A stretch of 64,000 nucleotides of DNA from Podarcis cretensis (Eukaryota), in the NCBI GenBank assembly GCA_951804945.1, contig OX638158.1, positions 32,116,001 through 32,180,000 on the forward strand. The letters are read 5' to 3'. Below, one piece after another: positions 27,255 through 39,715 of the stretch. Each line of letters begins with the position of its first letter. Within the stretch, counting starts at the first letter, position 1. The position numbers and the translations under genes are program-made. Under the pieces are notes generated by a model that saw only the letters and a list, made by a program, of their open reading frames with translations, was not told the DNA's origin and did not search any database.

Positions 27255-27475
27255 AATCCTCACCAGATAACGAGAGACTGACTCCCAGCCCTGTTGATCC
27301 AGAGTGTGTTGAGGTTGATGTGAATTTCAACCCTGACCCTGCTGATTTAGTGCTGTCCAGTGTTCCAGGAGGTGAGCTCTTCAACCCTAGAAAGCATAAG
27401 TTTGCTGAAGAGGACCTGAAACCACAGCCCATGATTAAAAAAGCCAAGAAAGTCTTTGTCCCGGAAGACCAAAAG
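27255..27475 (+). CDS. TEF: TEF exon 3 (PAR domain)
   Basis: Acceptor tttctttgccag|AA. Translates (E)[73 protein letters not shown]; donor AAG|gtaaca, phase 0. Confidence 0.98.
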
Positions 27476-27921
27476 GTAACACCTCGTTTTTATCACAGTG
27501 TTAGAATGTGAGTTAGAGAGCAGTGTTCATGTGTAATTTTTTAGAATGAGTTATTGCATAGATGGGAAGTAATAATGAAAAGGTTATTGGAAGCTGGTTT
27601 GTTCACTACTTTGCTGTTCTGTTTCATAGTACTGGTATTTCCTACAGCTCCCCCCTTTTTTTTTAGTAAATCAGCTGACCCCTTTTGACCCATTGTATTG
27701 TTTGTTTGGTACAGAGGTATGAGCAATGTGAAAATGCCTTCATCCTTCTCTAGCAACTACCGTGTGTGTGTGTGTGTGTGTTAACATACACATATACATG
27801 CTATATGTGTATATATATATTTATATACGTATTTTTAAGGGTTACCAGCATTTGGTCAAACATATTTCTATATTTCAACAGAAGTATAGTGTCCTGATCA
27901 AAGGAAGTAATAGAATTATTC

Positions 27922-28459
27922 TATTTTGCCTTGGTCAGACCACATCTTGAGTACTGTGTCCAGTTCTGGGTGCTACAATTGGATACAGTATTGACAAGCT
28001 TGAACTTAAGCAAAGGAGGGCAGCTATGATGATTGAGGGTATGGAAACCAAGTCTTATGAGGAAGGGTTGAGGGAACTGGATATGTTTAGCCTGGATAAG
28101 AGGAAACGTGAGAGGAGATATGACAGCTATCTTCAAATATCTTAAGGGCTGTCATATAGAAGATGGAGCAAGCTTGTTTTCTCCTGCATTGGAGGGTAGA
28201 ACCCAAACCAATGGATTCAAGTTACAAGAAAGGAGATTCCAACTAAACAGTAGGAAGAACTTTCTGACAGTAAGAGCTGTTTGACAGTGGAACAGACTCC
28301 CTCAGAAGGTGGTGGACTCTTCTTCCTTGGAGGTTTTTAAGCAAAGGTTGGATGATCATATGTCATGGATACTTTAGTTGAGATTTTCTGCATTGCAGGG
28401 GGTTGGACTAGATGACCCTTGGGGTCCTTTCCAACTTTACAGTTATATGACTCTATGAT
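27922..28459 (+). mobile_element. CR1 LINE 3' fragment in TEF intron 3
   Basis: Homologous to the 50.7-kb copy (GGAAGAACTTTCTGACAGTAAGAGCTGTT…TTCCAACT), with a degenerate tail. Confidence 0.92.
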
Positions 28460-28791
28460 CGAATAAAGCAAAATTACAGTATGTTCCACTAAATCCTGTT
28501 ATATAAGTAAACCCAGCTGTTGAAGTGGATGGTAACCACTGGAGCTGTTTTAAGATGTGTTCTGTCTGTTGATCAGGACTGTTCAATCTAGCAGATTGTT
28601 TCTTGTGCCAGATTTCTTGAGTAGTCCCCACATATGAGAAACAGCAATTATTCTGGAAGTTACTAGGGCATAGATAACTCTTGCTAAGCTGGGTTGCATA
28701 GCTGGTCATAAGAAGAGGCCAAATAGTAGGTACTTTTTGGCTTTTTGATACCTGAAGTATTTCACTATTGAACTGATTATTTTCTCTCTAG

Positions 28792-29007
28792 GATGAAAAA
28801 TATTGGACTAGGCGGAAGAAGAATAATGTGGCAGCCAAACGATCTCGTGATGCTCGTCGCCTGAAAGAGAACCAGATCACAGTCCGAGCTGCCTTTCTGG
28901 AGAAGGAGAATACAGCTCTGAGGACCGAGGTGGCAGAGCTGCGAAAGGAGATGGGAAAATGCAAGAACATTGTCTCTAAATATGAGAGCAGATATGGACC
29001 CTTGTAA
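28792..29007 (+). CDS. TEF: TEF exon 4 (basic region and leucine zipper), stop TAA 29005-29007
   Basis: Acceptor tttctctctag|GAT. Translates [71 protein letters not shown], a canonical PAR-bZIP C-terminus. Confidence 0.98.
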   Translation, partial: DEKYWTRRKKNNVAAKRSRDARRLKENQITVRAAFLEKENTALRTEVAELRKEMGKCKNIVSKYESRYGPL

Positions 29008-30853
29008 GCAAACCCTTTTCCCTTACTTTGTTCCTTGGCTTGCTCTGTTTCAATAGAGACTAATGTTTGTAGCTCGGTTGTTCTGTAACCGTGAACAGGA
29101 TCCACTTCTGCTGACACAACTTGGTCAGGTGCTTTCTGATCCTTGTGTTGCAATATGCCAATTTTTAATATTTTAAAAAACAAATTTAACACATTTTAAG
29201 AATTTGGTGTTTCTAATCAAATAACACTAATTTGATGACTTGAGGAATAAATCTGTCTATGTTACTAGACTGGCAGGTGTTTTACTGCTGTCATGTCTGG
29301 AATGAAAGGCAAATGGTTCGAAAGTATTTTGCTTTAAAACAAATCATATAATGTGGAAGGAATCATGCTGAAATAATTTTGTAATTGCTTCCTTTTCCAA
29401 GTTATACATATAAAATAATATGATGTGCAGGACTGATAGTTTTCTCTTACTTTGAGAACAAGTATGAATCTTCTTTTCAGTTCTGGGCCTTTTGATTCTT
29501 TTGGGCAGAAATGAGGCTTTGGCTTCAATCCTAAACGTGACTACTCAGAAGTAAGTCCTGTTGAATGCAATTGGACTTACAAATAAGTGGGGTTTAGATT
29601 GCAACCTTATCAGCTGTGTATCTGTCCAAACAACACTGCTGTGGGGGTATTACTTCTGAAAAAAATTATAAATTTCTTTGCATATTGTAAAATGGAAGCA
29701 TTTCCTCTTAATTGATTTGGATTTTTTTACTTTCATTTAAGCAATTTGTCTCCAAATCACTTGCATTAGTTTTTTTAACTAATATGAGTGGCTGTTGAGA
29801 AAATAACCATATTCACTTAAATTACAGGTTCAATTCATTATAGTAAATTCCTGCAATTAATTCTTCAAAGGAGTATATTTTTATTTTTATTAAAAAGTAA
29901 TGAGCCACAATATTTGTGACCTAGAGTTGTAGGGTAATATTAGTCCTGGGAGAGCTTGCTTTAGATCCATTAAAGTGATGCTTTGCTACAGTCTTGGTTC
30001 TGACCTGACCAATGTAAGAGGTGGGTGGGGCACATTACCTTGCTGCAAGCTATTTAATTTATTCATCCTTTTGGGTTGCCTTGCATATGGTTTCCCTGAC
30101 AGCTGCATGTCATGTCTCAAGCATATTTTAGTGCTTATCTTGAAAAGAACACACAAGGCTTTCCCCATAGCTGCTATTAGCTGCTAATAACCTCCTCCAG
30201 CTAAAGCAGCATACATTGGTGTAATCCTGGAGACCTTCTTCAAGGCCATTGGTTGCAAGGATACATAAGAATGTCAGTAATACAGAAGTAAGTGGGTACC
30301 TTGAATTTTAGCAGAGCCAGTTCAGGTGCACACATCCCCTTGTAGCAATTTTTTTCAGCATGTAATATGCTTTCTTAATGATCAAGGAGAGAAAAATGTC
30401 TGAATGCTGAACTAGCTTTCAGGCAGAATGGTGGTTTTTCTTAAAGGCAATGTTTGGGACATAGCTGCTGTTTTAGGATAATATAATCTAGATGTGCTGC
30501 AGCCAGTAACAGTCCTCCTTTGTGCCCACCCACTTTTTAAAGGGAGGTCACATTAGTAGTGTTAAAAAACACCAGGTATTGGGTATGGATCAACAGTTGG
30601 AAAAGCTCTACCATGGCTCATTGATAGAAATGGGAAGCAGTTTAATTTTGTGCAGTTAAAATAAATTTCCTAGAATTGTTGTTCCTTCTCGTGATACCTT
30701 GACTCAGCGGAGTGGTTTTACTTTCAGTGCTAGTGTAATGCTCCCCAAGTAGTCTGTTTCCTTTATAATAGGGAATTGGTAACATCCCTGAGAGTGAATG
30801 TAACAATATGCTGTTTTATAAATAGTCATATTCTTGCTTTGCTTTGTTTAAAG

Positions 30854-30875
30854 TGACTTATCCGATTCCGAGTGA
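30854..30875 (+). CDS. TEF: TEF alternative terminal coding exon, giving C-terminus ...YGP-FDLSDSE*
   Basis: Donor CCC TT|gtaagc at 29004 overlaps the TTG TAA stop. Acceptor ttcttgctttgctttgtttaaag|T GAC TTA TCC GAT TCC GAG TGA. Matches the alternative C-terminus I recall for chicken VBP/TEF. Confidence 0.8.
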
Positions 30876-32641
30876 TGCAACTTTAAAGACTCTTAAAATC
30901 ACAAAGAAACTAAAAACTACACATGAAACCACCTGCCATCAGAATGAATAGTGAAAGATGTGAGGTGTTCCACAACTGATGATGACCCTGCTTGCCTGCA
31001 AGTACCTCCCTCTGAACTACCCAAGGGCTGAGCATGATGAAAACACCAAGGTCTCTAAGGGTACATTTCTGTTGTACTGCTATTTTTCCTTGTACCCACA
31101 ACATGCAGTACAGTTATTAACTCTTTTCAATGACACTTGGTGCTCGTGTCCTTGAGTTCAGTTTGAATAATTAGTGGAGATCCTTTATTGGGAGGAAGGG
31201 GCAAGTATTAAGGGAATATAACTATAATTATTCAAGATTTCCTTCTGTGTTTCTTTTTCATATCTGTTCTGTGCTTTAGAATGGATATCAATATTGCAGC
31301 TAAATTCTGTTAATCTATTGTATCTTGTACTATTGGAACAGAAACAGCATATGTGGAAAACAGATTAAAAAGAAATAGTTTTGGTACACTATACAACCAA
31401 CATATCAATTAAAATAGAAGTAATGGAAAATAACACGTACCCCAAGATGCACTATATCTTAACAAATGCTAGCAAGTTAGATGCACCTTATTTTCTCAGC
31501 TGATTAAAGCTGACACTCACTTTCTGAAATTAGCACTTTTTCTTAAGCTTGCTGACTGACAATAGAATGATTGTGATGGCATGCTGATGCATTTTCACAA
31601 TCTACTCCTTGTAATAATCCTAAGAGATTTCTATTTCCTTACTTTCATAAACATAGATGTGTAATGAAGAGGGAGCAGTATAATAAAAGGACAGGTTGCA
31701 AAAGTAGGGTGACTCAGTTATTCACTCAGTTACTCATTTTATCTGCTGTTGCCTATCTTCTAAAAGATGCAAGTTCAACATCTAGTTTACTTTTTCTTGC
31801 TGAACAAATTGCCCAAAGTCTCTTATCAAAATTGGGGTGGCCTTCTGATTGCCCCAACTGAATAATTACAGAATAATTGCTGATTTTCACTTCTACCTGG
31901 TCCTGTACATGTTAGAAATAAAATAAGCAACGTTTATGCTGTTTCCCCCTACTATTTTTCCCTTAAAGATTTCTGAATTTCACTTGAGTGCCTGAACATA
32001 GTATGATGAGCATTGGACTCATTAATCTGAAGCATCAGACATAGCACAGTTGGAATATCCCATCAGATGCATGCCTATGTGGTAGCAGAACCTGTCGCGT
32101 AGACCCTAGGGACAGCAAAATGGCTTGTGGAAATAGGGCATTTCAATTCTGTAGAAGTTACACCCTGAACATGATCTACATGAAACTTGTAATGTGTCAA
32201 GAATAGATATATTTCAAAACTGGATAAAACCCACACCAATTTGTCATAGGACTAATGACTTGGTTAGCAGGCTTCCATCAGTTGATTAGGAAAGCATAGC
32301 ACAGAGGTTGCCAACTTTTTTAGGCTTGTGGGCACATTTGAAATTTTGGACAAGTGCACCATCCCTTCTGGCCACTTCCCTCAGCCAGATCAGCCTCCCC
32401 ACAGAAAGAAGATCACTTTTCCAAGTGATCTTATCCAGAATAATTAATCTGGGCCTTGCAAAGGACATGGAGCTAAAAGAGAAAGTGGAAATAAGCATCA
32501 TGCTTCCAATGCTTCCAATTTCCTCATTCAGCTCTATGCATTCCAGCTCATTAAAAGGGCAGAAAGTAAGAGGGGCTCATTTGGCCTGTCGGAACCATGG
32601 GAAGACCTCAGAGGCACTATTGTGCCTACAGTTCAATGCTG

Positions 32642-32880
32642 ACAATATTTTTATAACATTATACTGTTTCAAAATTCATAAACAGAAAACATGTGCATGG
32701 AGTCATGTGCATGGATGTTCCATTTATTCAATTATTAATTTGTGACTCCATGCACATGTTTTCTGTTTATGAATTTTGAAACAGTATAATGTTATAAAAA
32801 TATTGTCAGTACATTATTAGCCAACGTGTTGCTTGTTGTTGTTTAGAGTGCTCTGTTTGCAACACGGGATTTTTTTGGTG
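32642..32880. mobile_element. Unclassified 239-bp insertion with 15-bp TSD and internal perfect 67-bp inverted repeat
   Basis: Direct repeat TACAGTTCAATGCTG at 32627-32641 and 32881-32895; arms 32639-32705 and 32743-32809 are exact reverse complements. Confidence 0.75.
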
Positions 32881-35657
32881 TACAGTTCAATGCTGGCAAT
32901 CCCTGCTTAGCACAAGAGGCTTCAAGATTGCTGTTTCAGATTCAGAAGTTGGACTTGACAGGAAAGTCCCAACACAACTATGCTAGTAGATTACATTTTG
33001 CAAAACACTGATTTTCTGCTGTTTTCAAAGCGTAACCCCCACAAAATTAAGAAATTGCCTGTACTATTTTAATTGTTTGCGATTAATGCACCAGTGTGCA
33101 TATTACTTAGTAAAATTGACTGTGGGCTCTTTATAGAATCTCTCAAAAGTTGGAGAAGATTGGTATAACGATTAAATACACACAGAAAGAAAATAATATC
33201 AGAATTGTAGTACTAATCCAAATGATGTGCTACATACCCTTATAACTTGCAGTTGGAGCCAGATTTCCAATACCTGTGTGTGTTACATTAGAAATGTAAT
33301 ATATGGCTCTTCATGATAGCTGTTAATAATTTAATTCTCCAGCCATTTTATAGCACAAAACAACTGAAATAGAATATGAATTCCCACATTTAATGTGCTT
33401 TGGTTAGTCACTTGGATGATTTGCATGTGTTGTACAACACGATGCAAAGGTTATGTGTGTAACTTTACGTGTACCTTTGTGTAGGAAGATGAAGTAGTTG
33501 TAATACTCTTCCCAGGAAAAACAAATGAGACACATTAAACATCATGTGACTTTATAACTTTGTTTCTTTAAAATGCATTATTTCTTTGGTATGGGAGGTA
33601 GATAATATATCATTAGCATAACCAGGTCTTCCACCTTCTTCTTCATCTTGGTAACCAATATATAGTGATAACAGTAGACAATAATGTTCTTAATTTGCAC
33701 TAACGTTTAACATTAATTTGTCCAAAGAAATAGTGCAGGATGCCTGCTATAAGTATGCAAACTCTTCTACATACTGCTGTTTAATTATATAATGGAATTA
33801 CCAGAGTGTGATCTGTAGGATTACAGACCTTGCTGGGAACAGTTTGAGGGGAACAGTAATCTCTTTATGGTTACCCAGTTACTATCAACATGCCACTGAA
33901 GATCCAAGGGTTAACAACTTTTAATTTTTTAATAAATATTGTGGACAAGAAAGAAAATCTTCAAAAGCAAATAATCTATATAATAGAGAATTTTGTTATG
34001 GTAATCTTAATGTACATGATCATCCCCTTGAGAGAGATTGAAATAAAATATCCCCCTAACTGAATTTCATCCATAGATGAAATTAATTGAATAATAATAA
34101 TAATTTCTAAATAATAATTTAGAAGCTGATCTTCCTTTTCTTAAAGATTTCATTTCATTGTACAGGCTTAGCATAGGCATTTAACTCTGTTTATTGGTTT
34201 TTAATCATTCTTTAATAGTCATGTGAGATTTCTACTTTGCAACTAGAGCAATGATTTAGGTTTAAGGGATAATTTGTGGTTCTGTGATCAATCTCTGTGC
34301 AGGTTTCATGTGAAATTTTGGTGGAGTTTTCCCTTATTCATTACTTTTGTATCATTCATTCAAGAAGTAATGGAGGCATATATTTAGTGCTGTGGGTGCT
34401 GAAGCCTTTATAAGTTTTTATATTAAACCTATGATATTAATCTTGGTTGCTGTTTTGTATAAATTCCCAATGTCTTTGCAGGTGGGTTTTTTAAAAAAAG
34501 ATATTCATTGGCACTTTCCCTTTCTGTGCTGTGTTGTGCTGTATTGTGCCGAATAACCAGGTATTCTAGATGTAGAGCTTGCTTCTAGTACTCCCTAGTG
34601 GGCAGTCCTTCTGTCAGGTATCAAGATAACAGGTGCAGTAAAAGAGAACCAGCAGCTAAAGCTTACAGAGATACTGTAAAATTGTTAAGAGCAAATATAT
34701 TTTGAATAGTTAAGACATACTAGAATCTGTGGTGTTGTTTTTTTACAGAATTCCTAAACACCTCTGGGCCATAAGCATCTAGTTCAATGTTTTTTCTACC
34801 CCCCACCCCAAAAACAAAAAAACCCCCAGAATTTGGGGATGTTTTAACACATATACTCATGTTGAGGCTGATTCACCCACTAAAGGCAGCTATACAAAAC
34901 TGAATTGTTTCAACTTCTAGAGTAACAGAAATCTTTCAAATCTGAACCTTTGCTAAGGAAAAAAAGGCGCATTATCTATCTTTTTGTATATGCACATCTG
35001 CTTTCCTGGAAAAATGTGTACACTGATTCACTAGTATTCATATACTCTTCAGCTAAATATCTACTTCATGTATTTCATGTGTGCACCCTTTTAGATCTGC
35101 GTTTTTAAATGCTCACCTAAATTTTGTGAGTGTGATAACCATGTGTTTGCAAACATACATCATGCAGACACACTTAATATATAATTTTATATCCTGCGTA
35201 TACATAATAATAATTAGAATAATTTTATTATTTATACCCCACCTATCTAGCTGGGTTGCCCCCAATAGTCTCCCATCCAAATAATTGATCAGGTCCACAC
35301 CTGCTTGGCTTCACCTGCAATGCTGGAGCCTCAGGCATCCATGGACACATCTCCAGGCAGCCTTGATTAACTGCACCTCATTATGGAGCACACAGTCTGT
35401 GACAGATCTGAGGTTTGCCTCTGTGCAGTGTGCATAGCCATGACAATGCTGGCAAATCAAAAATTCTTAACTGATTACTGTCCCTTTTTTAGTTTGAAAA
35501 CCAATTAGAGAGAGAAGATAGATGTGACCTGTATAGAGCAGTGAGATTTGTTTGGAAGAAGCTTCATCTTGTTCAAGCATGTTCTTTAAAAACAAACAAA
35601 ATAAAATATCAAAAAACTGTGTCGCAAGTTTGCAGCCCAGCCAGGTGTGCATGTGGC

Positions 35658-36005
35658 CAGGGGCGGAGGAAGGGAGGTGCGATGGGGGCAGGTTGCCCCA
35701 GGTGTCTTCGCTCAGGGGGGTGACATTCGGTGTGCTGCCGAAGCCTACCCCAAGCCGTCGGGGGAAGGGGGGAGCTGTGCCACTTTGCTGGCAGCATTCC
35801 CCCCTTCCCCCTTCGTTTTGACAACTGGGGGGGGGGGCGAATGTCCGCCCTCAGTGGCTCCCTCCACCCCCAGCTGCAGTGCGCGTGCACCGCTCTGTGC
35901 ACCCGAGTGGCTATTCTGTGCCTGGGAGGGCACCCTCTGTGCCGCGTTCTGACCCCCTCGGGAGCACGCCCACCCTGGGCAGCACTGGCATATGCTCCGC
36001 CGCTG
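35658..36005. mobile_element. GC-rich hAT-type MITE with 8-bp TSD
   Basis: TIRs CAGGGGCGGAG/CTCCGCCGCTG; perfect TSD CATGTGGC at 35650-35657 and 36006-36013. Confidence 0.85.
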
Positions 36006-38633
36006 CATGTGGCATTGATAGGATGGCAACTACAACAATACACACACACACAGTTTTCTGCTTTAAAAAACACCTTTGTCCTTTTTTCATTAACAGAATT
36101 AAGGCAAGGCTGATTTCTGAGCCAGCATTGAATTCACTGGTATGCAGATCTCATTAAGCTGAGAAGCAGGGAAGAATTCACTGGATGTTTTACTCAACTA
36201 AGCTACACAACTATGTTTTACTCAAAATAGACCCATGGAAACTAACGAACCTCACTTAAATTAGGTCCAGTAATTTCACTGGGTGTAGTCTGAATAAAAC
36301 ACCCTCTCTCCCCCTGTGGCTCCAAAACATACTCTCTATATATTACATCTGTTTTTCACAAATTTGTCACAGAACCTATAAAAATACTTAATGGCAACTA
36401 CATTCCTTCACAATGGCAATGCCTGGCATGTCCGCCCCGCCTTGCTAAACATCTTTCTTATGAAAACAAGACAAGTTTAAGCTCTCCTGGCTGGATGATG
36501 CCCAGCAAGGAAGATGCAAGGCATTGCTGAGTTCAAAGTCATTCTCATTGTGAACTTTAGATACTAATTCTCTTCATTTGAGTTAATTTATAATGAGAAT
36601 TGCTTTTGATGTGAAAGCTTATCAACTTGATTATCTTTCTGGTGAACTTGTACTATCTAATTATAATGAAAAGAAGGTGAGGCTGAGGAGGGAATATAAT
36701 AATTCTATTTTTCAGACTCTTAATAACACTTCTTTCCCCACACATAACCTCCCCCACTGCTCCATTAATGCACATGGTTCTTACTTGTGGTTCCTAGTAG
36801 TGCTTTCTTGTGAACTTTATCTGAATTAATCAGCAAGGCAGCCTCCTCCTGATACAAAACTGAGGCTGAGGTGTTCTTTGTATTGTTTTGCTGAACTAGG
36901 ATAACAATTAACTTGTGCTTTGAAGCATCAGCTGGCAAGGTGTTTAGTTGGGTCCAGAATAGCAGAAGTGTAATGTTTTTCCATTTGTGTCTGAAACACA
37001 GTAATAACATGATTATTGGAATACTGTATTTTGTACGACAAAATATGTAAATACACTTTAATATTAATCTCAGTCCTCCTGGAGTAATAAGTGCTTTCGT
37101 TGTAACCTCTGCAAACTCATTAAGATATTTTAATGTAGCATGGTTTGAGGATTTTGTTTCTTAGAAAACTGCAGAAATCAAGCAAAATTAAATTATTGTA
37201 GAGCTTTGGTTTGTGATGCTTTCTATTTACAAAATGTTTAATAAACCACGAAAAGCAGAGACACTGAGAATTGGCATGGGAGCTATTTCTGTGGTCACTG
37301 AGTTTATTCATAATCATGCTAAACTGGTTTTTTTTGGAGGCAAGCCTATCTTGCCAGTTAGCAGTATCCTCATGCATTAATTCCTGTTGACAAAAAGTAC
37401 ATGATGATTTCAGAAACGCAAACTACTCTGAATGTTGTGTTGATACGTGCTCTTTGCACCAGCCTGGTGTGAATTGTCATTCAGCACACTATACATTAGG
37501 TTTATGGTAGCTTAGCCATAAAAAAATGGTAGATGAATTTGGAAATATTTTTTTTGTCAGTATTCTACATTGGCATCTGTTGCATGCAACATACTTCCCT
37601 TAGCATTTCTCCAGCTTAGTGACATTATTTCTGCTGTTAAAACTCCATTATCATTGGCATGGAAAGCTTGGTCTGCTTATAACATAGCTGGATACAGTGT
37701 CCCTTTAAAAATATGTTCTCAGATAATCCTGCAGCGTAGCTATGTTATTTTTCCATAGTTAGAGAGATTAACTACTCAGGAGCTTCATTGTCTTTAGATC
37801 ATTCTGTTCATTTGGAGAGGCAGGTGAGTGTTTATCTCCATTTGTCATTAAACGGGAAATGTGACTGCAATATAAAATGTGACCTTTTTTGGTCAAAACT
37901 ACTCTTTGTTTTTGCTGTATAACATTTGCATTTCTCTTTGATGTGTTCCAGTATGTACTGAGTGAAAGTGTGTAGATTAGTATATAAAATGCTTTTCAGT
38001 CATGGATTTTAAGGCACTATATAGTAGGATCGTTACCATTTATAAAAACATCAGGGTAAAAATGTCTATCCCTACCCATTTTTTTTCCTGTACACACAAA
38101 TGAATAATGGATGACTGTTGAAAGGACTTAAAAATGATAATCTTGATAAGAAAGAAAAAACACATTTTCATATTCAAAGCCTACCTGGTATTCATTTTTA
38201 TGACACTTTCTAAATGATAGAATTAAGGATATGAGCTCTCTGATGGTGGATTGTCTGGGTATGTAAGTCTCTCTGCTAAGTGTCTTTTTAAAAAGAATGC
38301 TTTTGTTTTAAAAATGTAAAGTTTTGACTGTATTGAATTGTTGGATTTTTCCCCCTTAAAAAAATAAAGTGTATATTCTACTAAGTACAAGATATAGTCA
38401 CTGCAGTATATTGTTTGCAAACTGTCACCAGAACATAAAGATGTGGTGCAGATCCTTCAGCTGTCTCTGATATCTGTCTGTAGGAGTTGGTGTCAATAAT
38501 CACTTTCAGAAGTCTGGCTGTACCCTTGCTTCCTATATTTACAAGCTAGTTCTGGCCATGAATGAACACAAAAGTTTATTTTATTTATATTTATTTCTCC
38601 TCATGTTTTTACCTTGTGATTGTATCAGAAATA

Positions 38634-38763
38634 CTGGCATACCTCAGAGATATTCCAGACCACCGTATTAAAACAAACATCACAATAAAGGGAGTCAAAC
38701 TTCTTTCTTTTCTTTCCCAGGACATATAAAAGCGTTGTTTATACTTTAATGCAGTCTATTAAG
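38634..38763. mobile_element. Tigger1-like DNA transposon terminal fragment
   Basis: TA-CTGGCATACCTCAGAGATATT…CCAGACCACCG…CAATAAAG…TTTCCCAG…CATATAAAAG…AGTCTATTAAG follows the Tigger1 end as I recall it. Confidence 0.6.
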
Positions 38764-39460
38764 CCAGACCCCCTGGCTGCAGGAGTGAGAGGGGAAAACC
38801 CGGCTCCAGCCCTAGCCCCCACCACTCCAGCGCCCAGAAGAGAAGCAGCAGCGTCAGGGAGCGAGCTTTCCCTGAAAGCAGCCCGGCTTGCTGCAACTAC
38901 AGCCAATATCTGTGGAGCGCAATAAAGCTGAACAGGGTTGCTTCTCCTGAGAAAGAAAAGCAAGTGCCATGCACTGCGCTTCTTAAAATGTGTGTGGGCA
39001 AAGTCACATCCTGAGTAATCCCGCCTGAAGCACTTAACACTCCTAATGTTTATGGAAACCACCTACCGTATTTCACAAATGGTCTCCCGCAGCCTTTTGT
39101 TGAAAATCTTGAAGCAAAAGGCAAAAAATTAATCTGTTCCTATATACTAGAACTGCCTTAAAAGGGGAGTGGGGATGGGACCTTTTGTGGGAATTAAAAC
39201 TTCACATGCCATGAAGAATCTATCCGAAGCACCACTAATCAATAGTAAGTTAATCTTCTTAAGCACCAGAAAGGGTTGCTTAAAAGAGTACTAAAAGCTT
39301 TCCCTAGAGCATAAGTACTGAAGTTAGATGCCAATCATGCAAGTCAAATTACATCCTATGCAGATGAAAAGAGAACATTAAATTGCCTACTGGAGCTAGT
39401 CATGCCACAAGTCACTCACTGCTTCCTTGGCAATGAAGTCAGTTTCCAGTATGGTAAGAA

Positions 39461-39715
39461 CAGGGGTCAGCAAGCTTTCAGCAGGGGTCCGGTCCACTGT
39501 CCCTCAAGACCTTGGGGGGGGGCAGACTATCTTTTGAGGGGGGGGATGAACAAATTCCTATGCCCCACAAATAACCCAGAGATGCATTTTAAATAAAAGG
39601 ACACATTCTACTCATGTAAAAACATGCTGATTCCTGAACCGTCCGTGGGCTGGATTTAGAAGACGATTGGGCCCACTCCAGCTCCAGCTCCCAGGCCTTA
39701 GTTTGCCTACCCATG
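39461..39715. mobile_element. hAT-type MITE
   Basis: Ends CAGGGGTCAGCAA…TTTGCCTACCCATG; TSD GGTAAGAA/CGTAAGAA (7/8). Confidence 0.82.

Larger units (their letters stand above)
29008..38400 (+). other. TEF: TEF 3'UTR/downstream region with candidate poly(A) signals at 31917-31922 and 38363-38368
   Basis: AT-rich, largely TE-poor sequence after the stop. Both AATAAA have TGTA upstream. The true 3' end cannot be determined from sequence. Confidence 0.45.

Noticed and set aside
28788-29192. 134-aa antisense ORF over the bZIP exon
   Set aside because: Shadow frame of the TEF coding strand; no independent support.
35552-36157. ORFs of 89-154 aa and a CpG-rich patch resembling a promoter
   Set aside because: Coincide with the hAT-type MITE bounded by an 8-bp TSD.
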